Shown here: piece by piece, positions 9,721-21,492 of the stretch | How positions within the stretch are numbered: position 1 is the stretch's first letter | How the letters are laid out: every line of letters starts with the position of its first letter | Source of the DNA: an uncultured Clostridia bacterium | GTDB taxonomy: Bacteria; Bacillota; Clostridia; TANB77; CAG-508 | Assembly (NCBI GenBank): GCA_947632145.1 | Contig: CANRNW010000004.1 | Location: 350-64,349 of the forward strand | DNA: 64,000 bases | Reading direction: 5' to 3' | The notes under the pieces: generated by a model | What the model was told of the DNA's origin: nothing | The model's database searches: none | Seen by the model: only the letters and a program-made list of their open reading frames with translations | Translations under genes and position numbers: made by a program

Positions 9721-10662
9721 ATGAAAATAGGATTTTTATTTCCAGGTCAAGGAACCCAAAAAGTTGGAATGGGAAAAGATATTTACGAAAAATATCCAGA
9801 AGCAAAAAAAGTTTATGATTTAGTAAAAGAAACAACAGGAGTTGATATTGCAAAAGTATCATTTGAAGGGCCAGAAGAAACTTTAAATGAAACAAAATAT
9901 ACACAACTTGCAATATTAACAATGAGTTTAGCAATACTACAAATATTAAATAAAAATAAAATAAATCCTTGTGCATCTGCAGGACTTAGCTTAGGCGAAT
10001 ATGCAGCATTAGTCAGTGGAGGAGCTTTAAGTGAAATTGATGCAATAAAACTTATTCAAAAAAGAGGAGAATATATGCAAAATTTGTTGCCAGAGGGAAA
10101 CTGGAAAATGGCAGCAATAATGGGATTGAACGAAGAACAAATAAGAAAAGTTTGTTCAAAGGTAGAAAATAAATTTGTTGTTCCAGCAAATTTTAACACG
10201 AAAGAGCAGATAGTAATTTCAGGAGAAGAGGATGCAATAGTAGAGGCAGAAAATATTGCAAAAGAAATGGGAGCAAAAAAGGTAAGAATACTAAATACAG
10301 CAGGTCCATTCCATACCGAAAAATTAGTAAAAAGCTCAGAAGCGCTAAAAACAGAACTAGAGAAAGTGGAGTTTAGTCCTTTTACATCTATTGTTGTAAA
10401 GAATTTAGATGGAAAGCCATATAAAAATGATGACAATATAAAAGAAATATTAGCAAAGCATATAATAAATCCAGTTAGATTTTCAGAGACACTAGATACA
10501 ATGTTTAGTGAAGGAATTGATACATTTATAGAAATAGGACCAGGAACTACTTTATCAGGATTTGTAAAAAGAGAAAAAGGAGATAGAGAAGTTAATATTC
10601 TAAATATATGTGATGTTGAAACATTAGAAGATACAATAGCTAAAATAAATGAAGAAATTTAA
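9721..10662 (+). CDS. fabD: ACP S-malonyltransferase
   Basis: FLFPGQGTQ and GLSLGEY motifs. The start is at the ATG after AAAGGAGG. Confidence 0.9.
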   Translation: MKIGFLFPGQGTQKVGMGKDIYEKYPEAKKVYDLVKETTGVDIAKVSFEGPEETLNETKYTQLAILTMSLAILQILNKNKINPCASAGLSLGEYAALVSGGALSEIDAIKLIQKRGEYMQNLLPEGNWKMAAIMGLNEEQIRKVCSKVENKFVVPANFNTKEQIVISGEEDAIVEAENIAKEMGAKKVRILNTAGPFHTEKLVKSSEALKTELEKVEFSPFTSIVVKNLDGKPYKNDDNIKEILAKHIINPVRFSETLDTMFSEGIDTFIEIGPGTTLSGFVKREKGDREVNILNICDVETLEDTIAKINEEI

Positions 10663-10733
10663 ATTAACACATAATAAAAAACAATTGTAGGTAACGAGGC
10701 AAAGTCGTTCCGTGAAAAATAGGAGGAAATGAA

Positions 10734-11468
10734 ATGAGTAAAGTTGCTTTAATAACAGGTGCAACAAGAGGAATAGGAAAGCAAATTGCAATAAATCTTG
10801 CAACTGCTGGGTACGATATAGCAATAAATTATAGAAGCGAAAATGATGATTTAGTTAATACAAAAAAAGAAATAGAAAGTAAGAATGTAAAATGCATAGC
10901 AGTTAAAGGTGATGTATCAAATTTTGAAGATACAAAAAGATTTGTAGATGAGGTAATAGAAGCATTTGGACAAATTGATGTTTTAGTAAATAATGCAGGT
11001 GTTACAAAAGATAAACTTATTCTTAGAATGGACAAAGAAGATTTTGAAAGTGTTATAAATGTTAATTTAGTAGGAACATTTAATGTTACAAAAAATGTAG
11101 TACCATATATGATGAAAAAAAGAACTGGAAGAATTATAAATATATCTTCAGTTGTAGGAATTTCAGGAAATGCAGGTCAAAGTAATTATTCGGCATCAAA
11201 AGCTGGAATAATAGGTTTTACTAAGAGCTTAGCAAAAGAACTTGCTTCAAGAAATATTTTAGTAAATAGCATTGCACCAGGATTTATTGAAACTGATATG
11301 ACAGCAGTTTTAAAAGATGATATAAAATCTGAAATTTCTAAAAATATTCCTTTACAAAGAATGGGAACAAGTAATGATGTAGCAAATGTTGTTAAGTTTT
11401 TAGCTTCTGATGATAGCTCATATATTACAGGTCAAGTTATAAATGTTGATGGTGGTATGTTAATGTAA
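10734..11468 (+). CDS. fabG: 3-oxoacyl-ACP reductase
   Basis: SDR motifs TGATRGIG, NNAG and YSASK. Confidence 0.9.
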   Translation: MSKVALITGATRGIGKQIAINLATAGYDIAINYRSENDDLVNTKKEIESKNVKCIAVKGDVSNFEDTKRFVDEVIEAFGQIDVLVNNAGVTKDKLILRMDKEDFESVINVNLVGTFNVTKNVVPYMMKKRTGRIINISSVVGISGNAGQSNYSASKAGIIGFTKSLAKELASRNILVNSIAPGFIETDMTAVLKDDIKSEISKNIPLQRMGTSNDVANVVKFLASDDSSYITGQVINVDGGMLM

Positions 11469-11488
11469 AAAGAAAGGATGAATAAAAA

Positions 11489-12724
11489 ATGGAAAGAAGA
11501 GTTGTAATAACAGGTTTAGGAGCAATAACTCCTATTGGAAAAAATGTAAATGAAAATTGGAAAGCAATAAAAAATAAAGAGTGTGGAGTTGATAAAATAT
11601 CATTATTTGATGCTACTGAATATAAAACTACTTTAGCAGCAGAAGTTAAAAATTATAATCCAGAAGAATATTTTGATATAAAACAAGCAAAAAGATTAGA
11701 TAGATGCTCACAATTTGCAATAATTGCAGCAAGAGAAGCTTTAAAAGATAGTAATATAACAGCGGAAAATACAAATTTAGACAGAGTAGGAATTTTTGTA
11801 AGCTCTGGAATTGGTGGATTAATTACAATCCAAGAAGAAGCAAAAACATTATATGAAAAAGGAAACAAAAGAGTATCTCCTATGTTTATACCAATGGCAA
11901 TTGCAAATATGCCAGCAGGAAATGTTGCAATTGATTTAGGTTTAAAAGGAGAGTCAATATCACTTGTTACAGCTTGTGCATCATCAACACATGCAATAGG
12001 AGAGGCATATAAAACAATAAAATATGGTTCTGAAGATGCAATAATTGCAGGAGGAACAGAGGCAGCTATATGTGAACTTGGAGTAGCAGGATTTGAAAAT
12101 ATGAAAGCACTATCAAAATCAGAAGATAAAACAAGGGCGAGTATTCCATTTGACAAAGAGAGAGATGGATTTGTAATAGGGGAAGGTGCTGGAATGGTTG
12201 TACTAGAAGAATATGAACACGCAAAAAATAGAGGTGCCAAAATTTATGCAGAAGTAATTGGTTTTGGAGCAACAACAGATGCTTACCACATAACTTCGCC
12301 TGAACCAGAAGGAAATGGTGGAGCAAATGCAATGATAAGGGCAATTGAAGATGCAAAAATAAAACCAGAAGAAATAGATTATATAAATGCACATGGAACA
12401 TCAACACATCTAAATGATTCAACAGAAACAAAAGCAATAAAAAAAGCTTTAGGAGAAGTAGCAAGTAAAAAAGTAAAAGTAAGTTCTACAAAAGGAAACA
12501 CAGGTCATTTATTAGGAGCAGCAGGAGCTATTGAAGCAATTTATTGTGTAAAGGCAATAGAAGAAAAAATAGTTCCACCAACTATAAATTACAAAGAAAA
12601 AGATGAAGAATGTGATTTAGATATAACACCAAATGAAGTTGTAAAAGCAGATTTAAATATAGTAATGTCAAATTCTTTAGGATTTGGCGGACATAATGCT
12701 AGTATAATAATAAAAAGAATATAG
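11489..12724 (+). CDS. fabF: 3-oxoacyl-ACP synthase II
   Basis: RVVITGLG start, active-site TACASS, HGTST and GFGGHN motifs. Confidence 0.9.
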   Translation: MERRVVITGLGAITPIGKNVNENWKAIKNKECGVDKISLFDATEYKTTLAAEVKNYNPEEYFDIKQAKRLDRCSQFAIIAAREALKDSNITAENTNLDRVGIFVSSGIGGLITIQEEAKTLYEKGNKRVSPMFIPMAIANMPAGNVAIDLGLKGESISLVTACASSTHAIGEAYKTIKYGSEDAIIAGGTEAAICELGVAGFENMKALSKSEDKTRASIPFDKERDGFVIGEGAGMVVLEEYEHAKNRGAKIYAEVIGFGATTDAYHITSPEPEGNGGANAMIRAIEDAKIKPEEIDYINAHGTSTHLNDSTETKAIKKALGEVASKKVKVSSTKGNTGHLLGAAGAIEAIYCVKAIEEKIVPPTINYKEKDEECDLDITPNEVVKADLNIVMSNSLGFGGHNASIIIKRI

Positions 12725-12738
12725 GAGGTGTATTAAAA

Positions 12739-13200
12739 ATGGAATATGAAAATATTAAAAAGCTAATAGAAGACATAGGAAATTCAAAATTATCATCTAT
12801 AAGTATAGAGTTCCCAGATGGAACAAAAATAAGTATGACAAAGGAAAATACTACACAAAGCAATGAGAAAAATGTAGGAACGACTATTAGTCATACTCAA
12901 GGAAATGTAGAAAACGATGATTACATTGTAAAATCTGAAGGCAAAAGCACACAAGACGAAAATGTAAAAGTAGTTACATCTCCAATGGTAGGAACATTTT
13001 ATTTAAAACCATCTCCAACAGAAAAAAGTTATGTTGAAGTTGGAAAAGAAATAAATGTTGGAGATACTCTTTGCATAATAGAAGCTATGAAGCTAATGAA
13101 TGAGATAGAATCTGAATATTCAGGAAAAATTATAAAAATACTTGTAGAAGATGGAAAAACAGTAGAATATGGAACACCATTATTTGAAATTGAAGTATAG
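12739..13200 (+). CDS. accB: biotin carboxyl carrier protein of acetyl-CoA carboxylase
   Basis: [10 protein letters not shown] biotinylation motif. Confidence 0.9.
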   Translation: MEYENIKKLIEDIGNSKLSSISIEFPDGTKISMTKENTTQSNEKNVGTTISHTQGNVENDDYIVKSEGKSTQDENVKVVTSPMVGTFYLKPSPTEKSYVEVGKEINVGDTLCIIEAMKLMNEIESEYSGKIIKILVEDGKTVEYGTPLFEIEV

Positions 13201-13215
13201 AAAGGAAATTAGTCA

Positions 13216-13638
13216 ATGTTAGGAAAAGAAGATATTGAAAAAATAATACCTCAAAGAGATCCATTTTTGATGATAGATGAAGTAGAAAATTATATACCGG
13301 GAGAAAGTGCAACTGCATATAAAACAGTTAGAGAAAATGAATGGTATTTCAAAGGACATTTTCCTGGAAATCCAATAATGCCAGGAGTTTTAATAGCAGA
13401 GTCCTTAGCACAAACGGGAGCTGTTGCAATACTTTCTATGGAAGAAAATAAAGGAAAAAATGCACTATTTGGTGGAATAGACAAAATGAAATTTAAAAAA
13501 CAAGTTGTGCCAGGAGATGTTTTAAAATTGGAAGTACATATTATTAAGCGAAAAGGACCAATTGGAATAGGAGAAGCGATAGCTTCAGTTGATGGAAAAA
13601 TTGCAGCCAAGGGGGAACTTACATTTGCCTTAGTATAA
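13216..13638 (+). CDS. fabZ: 3-hydroxyacyl-ACP dehydratase
   Basis: HFPGNPIMPGVL hot-dog motif. Confidence 0.9.
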   Translation: MLGKEDIEKIIPQRDPFLMIDEVENYIPGESATAYKTVRENEWYFKGHFPGNPIMPGVLIAESLAQTGAVAILSMEENKGKNALFGGIDKMKFKKQVVPGDVLKLEVHIIKRKGPIGIGEAIASVDGKIAAKGELTFALV

Positions 13639-13687
13639 ATTTGTTTTTTTATAACTAATAAAAATGTATAATTAAGAGGTGAAATAA

Positions 13688-15032
13688 ATGAATAAAATAC
13701 TTGTTGCAAATCGTGGAGAGATTGCTGTAAGAATAATTAGAGCTTGTAAAGAAATGAATATAAAAACAGTTGCAGTTTATTCAGAGGCAGATAAAGATGC
13801 ATTGCACACAAGACTTGCAGATGAAGCAGTTTGCATAGGTCCAGCGTTACCTACTAAGAGTTATTTAGATATAAAAAATATAATTGAAGCTGCATATATT
13901 ACAAAAGCAGATAGTATACACCCAGGTTTTGGATTTTTATCAGAAAATTCACAATTTAGCAAAATTTGTGAGGAATCAAATATTAAGTTTATTGGTCCAA
14001 AATCAGATGTAATAGATTTATTAGGAAATAAGTCTAATGCTAAGAAGTTAATGAAAAATGCAGGAGTACCAGTAATACCAGGCTCAGATGGAAGTATAAG
14101 AAATATTAAGGATGCAATAAAAATTGCAGAAGAAATAGGCTATCCAGTAATGTTAAAAGCAGCTGCTGGTGGCGGAGGAAAAGGAATAAGAATTGCAAAC
14201 GACAGAGAAGAATTAGAAAAAAATTATAATATAGTAAAACAAGAAGCAAAAATTTCTTTTAATGATGATGAAATTTATATAGAGAAATTTATAAAAAATC
14301 CTAGACATATTGAAATACAAATATTAGCAGATGAGTACGGAAATGTAATTCATTTAGGAGAAAGAGATTGCTCAATACAAAGAAATCATCAAAAAATGCT
14401 AGAAGAGACACCATCAACGGCAGTAGATGATAAACTTAGAAAAAGAATGGGAGATGCAGCAATTAAAGCAGCTAAAATAGCAAATTATACGAGCTGTGGA
14501 ACAGTAGAATTTTTAGTAGATGATGATAAAAATTTTTATTTTATGGAAATGAATACAAGAATTCAAGTAGAACATCCAATTACTGAAATGCGTACAGGTA
14601 TTGATATTGTAAAACAACAAATAAAAATAGCAGCAGGAGAAGAGTTGAAAATAAAACAAAAGGATGTCGAATTTAAAGGTCATTCAATAGAATGCAGAAT
14701 AAATGCAGAAAATCCAAAGAAAAAATTTATGCCATGCCCTCGGTAAAATAACAGGACTTAATTTACCAGGTGGAAATGGAATAAGAGTTGATACTGCAAT
14801 TTATGAAGGCTATACAATTCCATCTAACTATGATTCAATGATAGCAAAGATAATTGTATTAGGAATGAACAGAAATGAAGCTGTTGCCAAGATGAAAAGG
14901 GCTTTGGAAGAGCTAGTAATAGAGGGAGTAGAAACAAATAGAGATTTTTTATTTGATATTATAACAGATCCAGATTTTATTAGAGGAAAGATTGATACTT
15001 CATTTATTGAAAAGAGGTTGAAAAATAATTAA
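13688..15032 (+). CDS. accC: biotin carboxylase; continuous only with +1 at CGG 14741-14743
   Basis: ATP-grasp motifs ([20 protein letters not shown]). The junction reads [15 protein letters not shown]. Confidence 0.9.
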
Positions 15033-15121
15033 AATTTTGGCATTGTCAAAATTCATTTTCCTAGCCAAAATTTAAATTTTTCCCAACCAATCTGTGCTTT
15101 TAAGGAGGAAATGTTGAAATA

Positions 15122-15967
15122 ATGATTGTTGATAAAATAAAGAAAAGAAATTTACCAGAAAAGAATAAGAAAACTGAGATAGACATACCAGTTGGAAAAT
15201 GGGCTAAATGTACAGAATGTAAAGAAATAATCTATAAAGAATCATTAAGAGATAATCTAAGTGTTTGCCCTAATTGTGGACACTATTTTAGAATGCATAT
15301 AAATAAAAGAATAGAGTTAGTAATAGATAAAGGTACATATCAAAGATTTGATTTAAACATAGAAACAAGCAATCCATTAGAATTAGATGATTACCCACAA
15401 AAATTAAAAACATTAAGAGAGAAAACAGGAATCGAAGAAGCAGTGTCTGCAGGAATTGGAAAAATAAATGGTCAAGAAGTTGTTATATGCGTAATGGACA
15501 GCGGATTTTTAATGGGAAGTATGGGAGTTGTTGTTGGAGAAAAAATTACATATGCAATAGAAGAAGCAATAAAGAGAAAACTACCATTAGTAATATTTAC
15601 AGCATCTGGTGGAGCAAGAATGCAAGAAGGAATTATATCACTAATGCAAATGGCAAAAACCACAGCAGCTTTAACAAAATTAGATAAGGCAGGATTATTA
15701 TATATATCTGTTTTAACAGACCCAACTTATGGAGGAGTAACAGCATCTTTTGCAACTCTAGGAGATATAGTATTAGCAGAACCAGGAGCAATGATAGGCT
15801 TTGCAGGACAAAGGGTTATAGAGCAAACAATAGGAGAAACTTTACCAGAAGGTTTTCAAACGGCAGAGTTTCTATTAGAACATGGATTTATCGATAAAAT
15901 AGTAGAAAGAAAAGATTTGAAAGATACATTATCCAAACTAATTAGTTTTCACAAAGGAGATGAATAG
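15122..15967 (+). CDS. accD: acetyl-CoA carboxylase carboxyltransferase beta subunit
   Basis: Zn ribbon CTECKE...CPNCGH and SGGARMQEG motif. Confidence 0.9.
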   Translation: MIVDKIKKRNLPEKNKKTEIDIPVGKWAKCTECKEIIYKESLRDNLSVCPNCGHYFRMHINKRIELVIDKGTYQRFDLNIETSNPLELDDYPQKLKTLREKTGIEEAVSAGIGKINGQEVVICVMDSGFLMGSMGVVVGEKITYAIEEAIKRKLPLVIFTASGGARMQEGIISLMQMAKTTAALTKLDKAGLLYISVLTDPTYGGVTASFATLGDIVLAEPGAMIGFAGQRVIEQTIGETLPEGFQTAEFLLEHGFIDKIVERKDLKDTLSKLISFHKGDE

Positions 15968-15970
15968 TTA

Positions 15971-16793
15971 ATGGGAAGTACTAAATCTAAAGATTTAACA
16001 GCTTGGGAAAGAGTTGAAATTGCAAGAAATCCAAAAAGAAAAACATCACTAGATTATATAGAAAAAATATTTGATGAATTTATAGAATTGCATGGAGATA
16101 GAGCTTTTAAAGATGATAAATCAATAGTTTGTGGATTAGGAAAAATAGGAAAACAAAATTTTACAATAATTGCTGAGCAAAAAGGAAGGACAACTAAAGA
16201 AAATATAGAAAGAAATTTTGGAATGCCAAATCCAGAGAGTTATAGAAAAGCTATAAGATTTATGAAGCAAGCAGAAAAATTTAATAGACCTGTAATAACA
16301 TTTATAGATACTAAAGGAGCATATCCAGGAATAGGTGCAGAAGAGAGAGGACAACGGTGAAGCGATTGCAAAGTCAATGTTTGAAATGGCAAAATTGGAA
16401 GTTCCAATAATTGCAATAGTAATAGGAGAAGCATCATCTGGTGGAGCATTAGCAATAGGTGTTGGAAATGAAGTTATAATGTTAGAAAATGCAATATATT
16501 CTATTCTTTCACCAGAAGGATATAGTAGTATTTTATGGAAAGATTCTTCTAGATTTAAAGAAGCAGCTGAAAAAATGAAGTTGACAGCTAAAGATTTATA
16601 TGAATTGAAGGTTATAGACAAAATAATAAAAGAGCCATTAGGAGATGAAACAGAATCATTTAATGAAGTTGTAAAATCTCTAACAAAAGAAATTAAATTA
16701 AGTATTTCTAAGATGATTAAGAAAAGTAAAGAAGAAATTGTTCAAGAAAGATATAATAAGTTTAGAAATATGGGTGAATATATAAATATGTAG
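15971..16793 (+). CDS. accA: acetyl-CoA carboxylase carboxyltransferase alpha subunit; continuous only with +1 at CGG 16355-16357
   Basis: [25 protein letters not shown] junction, followed downstream by [13 protein letters not shown]. Confidence 0.9.
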
Positions 16794-16833
16794 GTAGCAT
16801 TATTGCACAAAAAATAAAATGGAGGTAAATGAA

Positions 16834-17607
16834 ATGATATTAGAAAATAAAACAATTTTAATAATGGGAATAAGAAACAAGTGGAGCATTGCTTATGGAA
16901 TAGCAAAATCAGCTTATGAGAATGGAGCAAAATTGCTTTTTACATATGTTGGTGAAGATAATAAAGAAAAGATAGATGAGCTAACAAGTGAATTCGAAGG
17001 AAGAAAAACATATTTATTAGATGATGCATCAGAAGATGAATTAGTAAAAGAAGTGTTTACAAAAATTAAAGAAGAAAATGGGAAAATTGATGGAATAGTT
17101 CATGCAATTGCACATGCAAACACAGAAGATTTACAAAACGATTTCATTTTTACAAGCAAAGAGGGATTTTCTCATGCAAATGATGTAAGTGCATATTCAT
17201 TTGTATTAGCTGCAAGAACAGCAAAAGAGCTAGACATGTTAAATGAAAATGCAAGTTTAGTTACATTAACATACCACGGATCTACAAAAGTATTAGAAGG
17301 GTATAATATAATGGGAATAGCAAAAGCTGCATTAGAATCAAGTGTTAGATATTTGGCAGATAATTTGGGAAAAGAAGGAATAAGAGTAAATGCTGTATCT
17401 GCTGGACCTATAAAAACATTGTCAGCAAAAGGAATAAAAGATTTTGGATCAATATTAACTGAAGTAGAAAAAAGAGCACCATTGCATAGAAATGTAACTA
17501 CTATACAAGTTGGAAATGTAGCAACATTTTTACTAAGTTCAATGTCTGAAGCAATAACTGGTCAAGTTATATATGCAGATAGTGGGTATAATATAATGGG
17601 CGTGTAA
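16834..17607 (+). CDS. fabI: enoyl-ACP reductase (NADH), FabI type
   Basis: IMGIRNKWSIAYGIAK motif and the Y..MGIAKAALE catalytic region. The start is after GGAGG. Confidence 0.85.
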   Translation: MILENKTILIMGIRNKWSIAYGIAKSAYENGAKLLFTYVGEDNKEKIDELTSEFEGRKTYLLDDASEDELVKEVFTKIKEENGKIDGIVHAIAHANTEDLQNDFIFTSKEGFSHANDVSAYSFVLAARTAKELDMLNENASLVTLTYHGSTKVLEGYNIMGIAKAALESSVRYLADNLGKEGIRVNAVSAGPIKTLSAKGIKDFGSILTEVEKRAPLHRNVTTIQVGNVATFLLSSMSEAITGQVIYADSGYNIMGV

Positions 17608-17696
17608 TATAAAAAATAATTGTTTTTTTCAAATAAATGTGATATATTATCTAACAATAAACAAAAGATTATGTATTAGAGAGGATTTGAAGTTAA

Positions 17697-18449
17697 ATGT
17701 TTGGTTTTGGAATAGATAAAAGAACATTATATATATTACTTGCAATATTAGCAGTATTTACTATTGTAAATTTGGGTACTAATGGAATACTTGGATTATT
17801 ATTTGAAATTCCAGCGGTTTTAATTGCACTTACGTTTCACGAGTTTGCACATGCTTATGTGGCAGATAAATTGGGAGATAATACTCCAAGAGCACAAGGA
17901 AGATTAAACTTAAATCCATTAAGCCATATAGATTGGTTTGGCTTAATAATGCTAGTTGTTGCAGGTTTTGGTTGGGGAAAGCCAGTTGAAATAAATAGAA
18001 GGAATTTCTCTAATGAAAAGGTATCTTCTTCTGCAGCAGAAGCAATAGTTGCTATTGCAGGACCTATAATGAACTTTATAGTAGCATTTGTATTTACAAT
18101 TATATTTTTCGTTTTACTTAAATTTGCACCAGGATTTATGTTTGCATTAAAAGGAACAGCATATGCAATAATTTTAAATACAATAATTATAAATATAAGT
18201 TTGGGAATATTTAATTTAATACCAGTTCCACCATTAGATGGTTCAAAAGTTTTAATACATTTTTTACCATATAATGCAAAACAATGGTTTGAAAACAATC
18301 AATATACATTTTATATTGTAATGTTATTTTTAGTATTTATAAGAATAAATGGATCATCAATAATATCACAAATATTAACGCCATTAGTTGGTGGAATATT
18401 CAATGGAATGAGTTGGCTTGTAACATCAATAATAAATTTGTTTGCATAA
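17697..18449 (+). CDS. site-2 protease family (M50) zinc metalloprotease, membrane
   Basis: HEFAHAY motif, NLIPVPPLDG motif and multiple TM segments. Confidence 0.75.
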   Translation: MFGFGIDKRTLYILLAILAVFTIVNLGTNGILGLLFEIPAVLIALTFHEFAHAYVADKLGDNTPRAQGRLNLNPLSHIDWFGLIMLVVAGFGWGKPVEINRRNFSNEKVSSSAAEAIVAIAGPIMNFIVAFVFTIIFFVLLKFAPGFMFALKGTAYAIILNTIIINISLGIFNLIPVPPLDGSKVLIHFLPYNAKQWFENNQYTFYIVMLFLVFIRINGSSIISQILTPLVGGIFNGMSWLVTSIINLFA

Positions 18450-18501
18450 AATTGTAGTGGTGCATTATTGCACCTCAAAAAATATATAAAAGGAAAAATA
18501 T

Positions 18502-19488
18502 ATGAAAGATGTAATTGTACTAGGAATTGAATCAAGTTGTGATGAAACCTCTGTAGCTATTGTTAAAAATGGTAGAGAGGTTATTTCTAATGTTATAAAT
18601 TCACAAATAAAAATTCATGAAAATTATGGTGGGGTTGTACCAGAAATTGCATCAAGATGTCATATAGAAGTTATAAATCAAGTTACCAAAGAGGCATTAA
18701 AACAAGCCAATATGACATTTGCAGATATAGATGTTGTAGGTTGTACTTATGGACCAGGATTAGTTGGAGCACTACTTGTTGGTGTATCTTATGCAAAAGC
18801 ATTAAGCTTTGCATTAAATAAACCATTAGTTGGAGTAAATCATATAGAAGGACATATTGCAGCAAACTACATTACTTTTAAAGATTTAAAGCCACCATTC
18901 TTGTGTTTAATAATTTCTGGTGGACATACACATTTAGTACATATAAAAGATTATACAGATTTTGAAATATTAGGAAAAACAAGAGATGATGCAATAGGAG
19001 AAGCTTTTGATAAAGTTGCAAGAGTTGTAGGGTTAGGTTATCCGGGAGGACCAAAAGTAGATAAACTAGCAAAATCTGGAACACCTAATATAGATTTACC
19101 TAGAACGTATTTTGATAATTTGGATTTTAGTTTTAGTGGAATAAAAACAGCAGTTTTAAATCTAAACCATAAAAATCCAAATATAAATAAAGCAGATTTA
19201 TGTGCAAGTTTTGAAAAAGCAGTAACAGAAGTTATTGTTACAAATTCCATGAAAGCAATGAAAGAATTAAATATAAATAAAATTGCACTAGCTGGTGGAG
19301 TGTCTGCAAATAGCTATATAAGAGAAAGTTTTAAAAATATTAAAAATGCAGAAGTATATTATCCTGAAATTACTTTATGCACAGATAATGCAGCTATGAT
19401 TGCTTCTGCTACTTATTATAATTATATTAACGGAAAAACTTCAGATTTAACATTGAATGCAGTACCTAATCTAAAACTAGGAGAATAA
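18502..19488 (+). CDS. tsaD: tRNA N6-adenosine threonylcarbamoyltransferase
   Basis: [10 protein letters not shown] start, HIEGH motif and a Kae1/Gcp-like architecture. Confidence 0.9.
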   Translation: MKDVIVLGIESSCDETSVAIVKNGREVISNVINSQIKIHENYGGVVPEIASRCHIEVINQVTKEALKQANMTFADIDVVGCTYGPGLVGALLVGVSYAKALSFALNKPLVGVNHIEGHIAANYITFKDLKPPFLCLIISGGHTHLVHIKDYTDFEILGKTRDDAIGEAFDKVARVVGLGYPGGPKVDKLAKSGTPNIDLPRTYFDNLDFSFSGIKTAVLNLNHKNPNINKADLCASFEKAVTEVIVTNSMKAMKELNINKIALAGGVSANSYIRESFKNIKNAEVYYPEITLCTDNAAMIASATYYNYINGKTSDLTLNAVPNLKLGE

Positions 19489-19512
19489 TAGCTATAATTT
19501 TTTTAACTAAAT

Positions 19513-20235
19513 TTGTATAAAAAAGAGGTGAGAATAATAAGTATATACGCGATTGCAGATTTGCATTTGTCATTCGGAGCAAATAAACCAATGGACATTT
19601 TTGGAGAAAATTGGGGAAACCATTGGGAAAAAATAAAAATAGATTGGTTACAAAAAGTAAAAGAAGAAGATTTAGTATTACTACCAGGAGATTTCTCTTG
19701 GGCAACATATTTAAAAGACACATATGAAGATTTCAAGTATTTAAGTGAATTACCTGGTAAAAAAATATTGTTAAAGGGAAATCATGATTATTGGTGGGCA
19801 ACATTACAATCTATGAGAGAATTTCTAAAAGAAAATGAGTTTTCAAATATAGATTTTTTGTATAATAATAGTTATTTATTTGAAAACTATATAATTGCAG
19901 GAACGAGAGGTTGGCAATGGAGTGATTCTGAAGAAGATTATAAAATTTTAAGAAGAGAAATGATAAGATTAGAGTTATCTATACAAGATGGTGTAAATAG
20001 ATTTGGTACAGATAAAAAAATAATAGTATGTACTCATTATCCACCTTTTAACACAACCAAAAATCAAGAGATAGATTATATAGATTTAATGAAAAGATAT
20101 AATGTAGAGAAGTGTATATATGGACATTTGCACGGTGCTTCACATAAGGATGCAATACAAGGAATTATAAATGGAATAGACTTTAAACTTGTGAGTTCAG
20201 ATTATACAAATTTTGGATTGGAAAAAATAATATAA
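19513..20235 (+). CDS. metallophosphoesterase
   Basis: AIADLHL, GDFSW, GNHDYW and GHLHG motifs. The start codon is uncertain (TTG 19513 or GTG 19528). Confidence 0.7.
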   Translation: MYKKEVRIISIYAIADLHLSFGANKPMDIFGENWGNHWEKIKIDWLQKVKEEDLVLLPGDFSWATYLKDTYEDFKYLSELPGKKILLKGNHDYWWATLQSMREFLKENEFSNIDFLYNNSYLFENYIIAGTRGWQWSDSEEDYKILRREMIRLELSIQDGVNRFGTDKKIIVCTHYPPFNTTKNQEIDYIDLMKRYNVEKCIYGHLHGASHKDAIQGIINGIDFKLVSSDYTNFGLEKII

Positions 20236-20328
20236 AACTAATGACAAAAAGATACATATTTGTTATAATTATAATAATGTATAAATTTGTAGAGGAATTA
20301 TCAAATTCCAACTAATAGGAGAAAAATA

Positions 20329-21375
20329 ATGAGTAAAAAAACACTAATTATAATAATTGGAGTAGTAGTAGCCATAATTGTTGCTACTATTACAACAGTG
20401 GTAATTGTAAATAACAATAAAAAAGCATCTAAAACAACTGTTGCAGAAAACAATATAGATGAAAACAATGTTGTTATACCAACAGATGAACCATCAGAAG
20501 AACCTACTGATGAGCCAACAACTGAACCAAGTGATGAACCAAATAAACAAGATGATTTACCCAAAGTAACCACTCAAACTAAATATTATATAAAAGTAAA
20601 TACTACAGCAAATACAGTAACTGTATATAGCAAAGGAAATAGTGGAGAATATGAACCAACAAAAGCAATGATTTGTTCTACTGGAACTGTTACACCAAGA
20701 AATTCGACATATACAATTAGAAAAAAATTCGTAGATGGAAATACAGGTTGGAGAACACTATTTGGACATGGACCATATAAAAATGTTTATGGACAATATT
20801 CACAATGGATTACAGGAGATATTTTATTCCATTCTGTTCCATATATTAAAAAGTACGACAAAAGTTCATTAGAATGGTATGAATACAATAAATTAGGAAC
20901 TACTTGTTCTCAAGGATGCATTAGACTTAAATGTAGTGATGCAAAATGGCTTTATGATAATTGCCCTGTTGGAACACCGGTTGAGTTTTATGATAGTGCA
21001 GATCCTGGACCATTAGGAAAGCCATCATTTCAATACATTTCAGAAAATTCTCCAAATAAAGGATGGGATCCAACAGATCCAGATCCAGCAAATCCTTGGC
21101 GTAATTCTGTTTCAACACCAGTAGTAACTCCGGAAAATCCAACACCTGAAGTTCCAGCAACTAATGCTCCAACGACTAACACACCATCAACTTCAAAAGA
21201 TCCAACACCTGAAGTTCCAGAAACTGACACACCAGTAACTCCGGAAATTCCAACACCAGAAATACCAAAAACACCAGAAACTCATACACCATCAACACCT
21301 GAAGTTCCAGAAACTGGTACACCATCAACTTCAGAAATTCCAACTCCAGAAGAAACAACAAATCCAGATGAATAA
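20329..21375 (+). CDS. L,D-transpeptidase (YkuD domain) with N-terminal TM anchor and Pro/Thr/Glu-rich tail
   Basis: HSVPY...CSQGCIRL catalytic motif. The C-terminus has repeated PTPEVPET-like units. Confidence 0.75.
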   Translation: MSKKTLIIIIGVVVAIIVATITTVVIVNNNKKASKTTVAENNIDENNVVIPTDEPSEEPTDEPTTEPSDEPNKQDDLPKVTTQTKYYIKVNTTANTVTVYSKGNSGEYEPTKAMICSTGTVTPRNSTYTIRKKFVDGNTGWRTLFGHGPYKNVYGQYSQWITGDILFHSVPYIKKYDKSSLEWYEYNKLGTTCSQGCIRLKCSDAKWLYDNCPVGTPVEFYDSADPGPLGKPSFQYISENSPNKGWDPTDPDPANPWRNSVSTPVVTPENPTPEVPATNAPTTNTPSTSKDPTPEVPETDTPVTPEIPTPEIPKTPETHTPSTPEVPETGTPSTSEIPTPEETTNPDE

Positions 21376-21410
21376 ATGTCTGGCGTATGAAAAATACCAA
21401 AATGAAAACC

Positions 21411-21470
21411 TGTATGGGCGCATGATTGCGCCCAAATAAAACAACGTAGGGGCGCATGAAAAGCGCCCCT
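21411..21470 (+). repeat. two copies of the GC-rich palindromic intergenic repeat
   Basis: tgtatgggcgcatgattgcgccc and cgtaggggcgcatgaaaagcgcccct. A degenerate third copy lies near 21381-21399. Confidence 0.8.
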
Positions 21471-21492
21471 ATTTTTAATATAAAAAAATATT

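Noticed and set aside
21120-21375. PTPEVPET-type DNA repeats at the 3' end of the L,D-transpeptidase gene as a separate repeat element
   Set aside because: They are in frame and encode a Pro/Thr/Glu-rich low-complexity linker typical of cell-wall proteins, so they are not an independent element.
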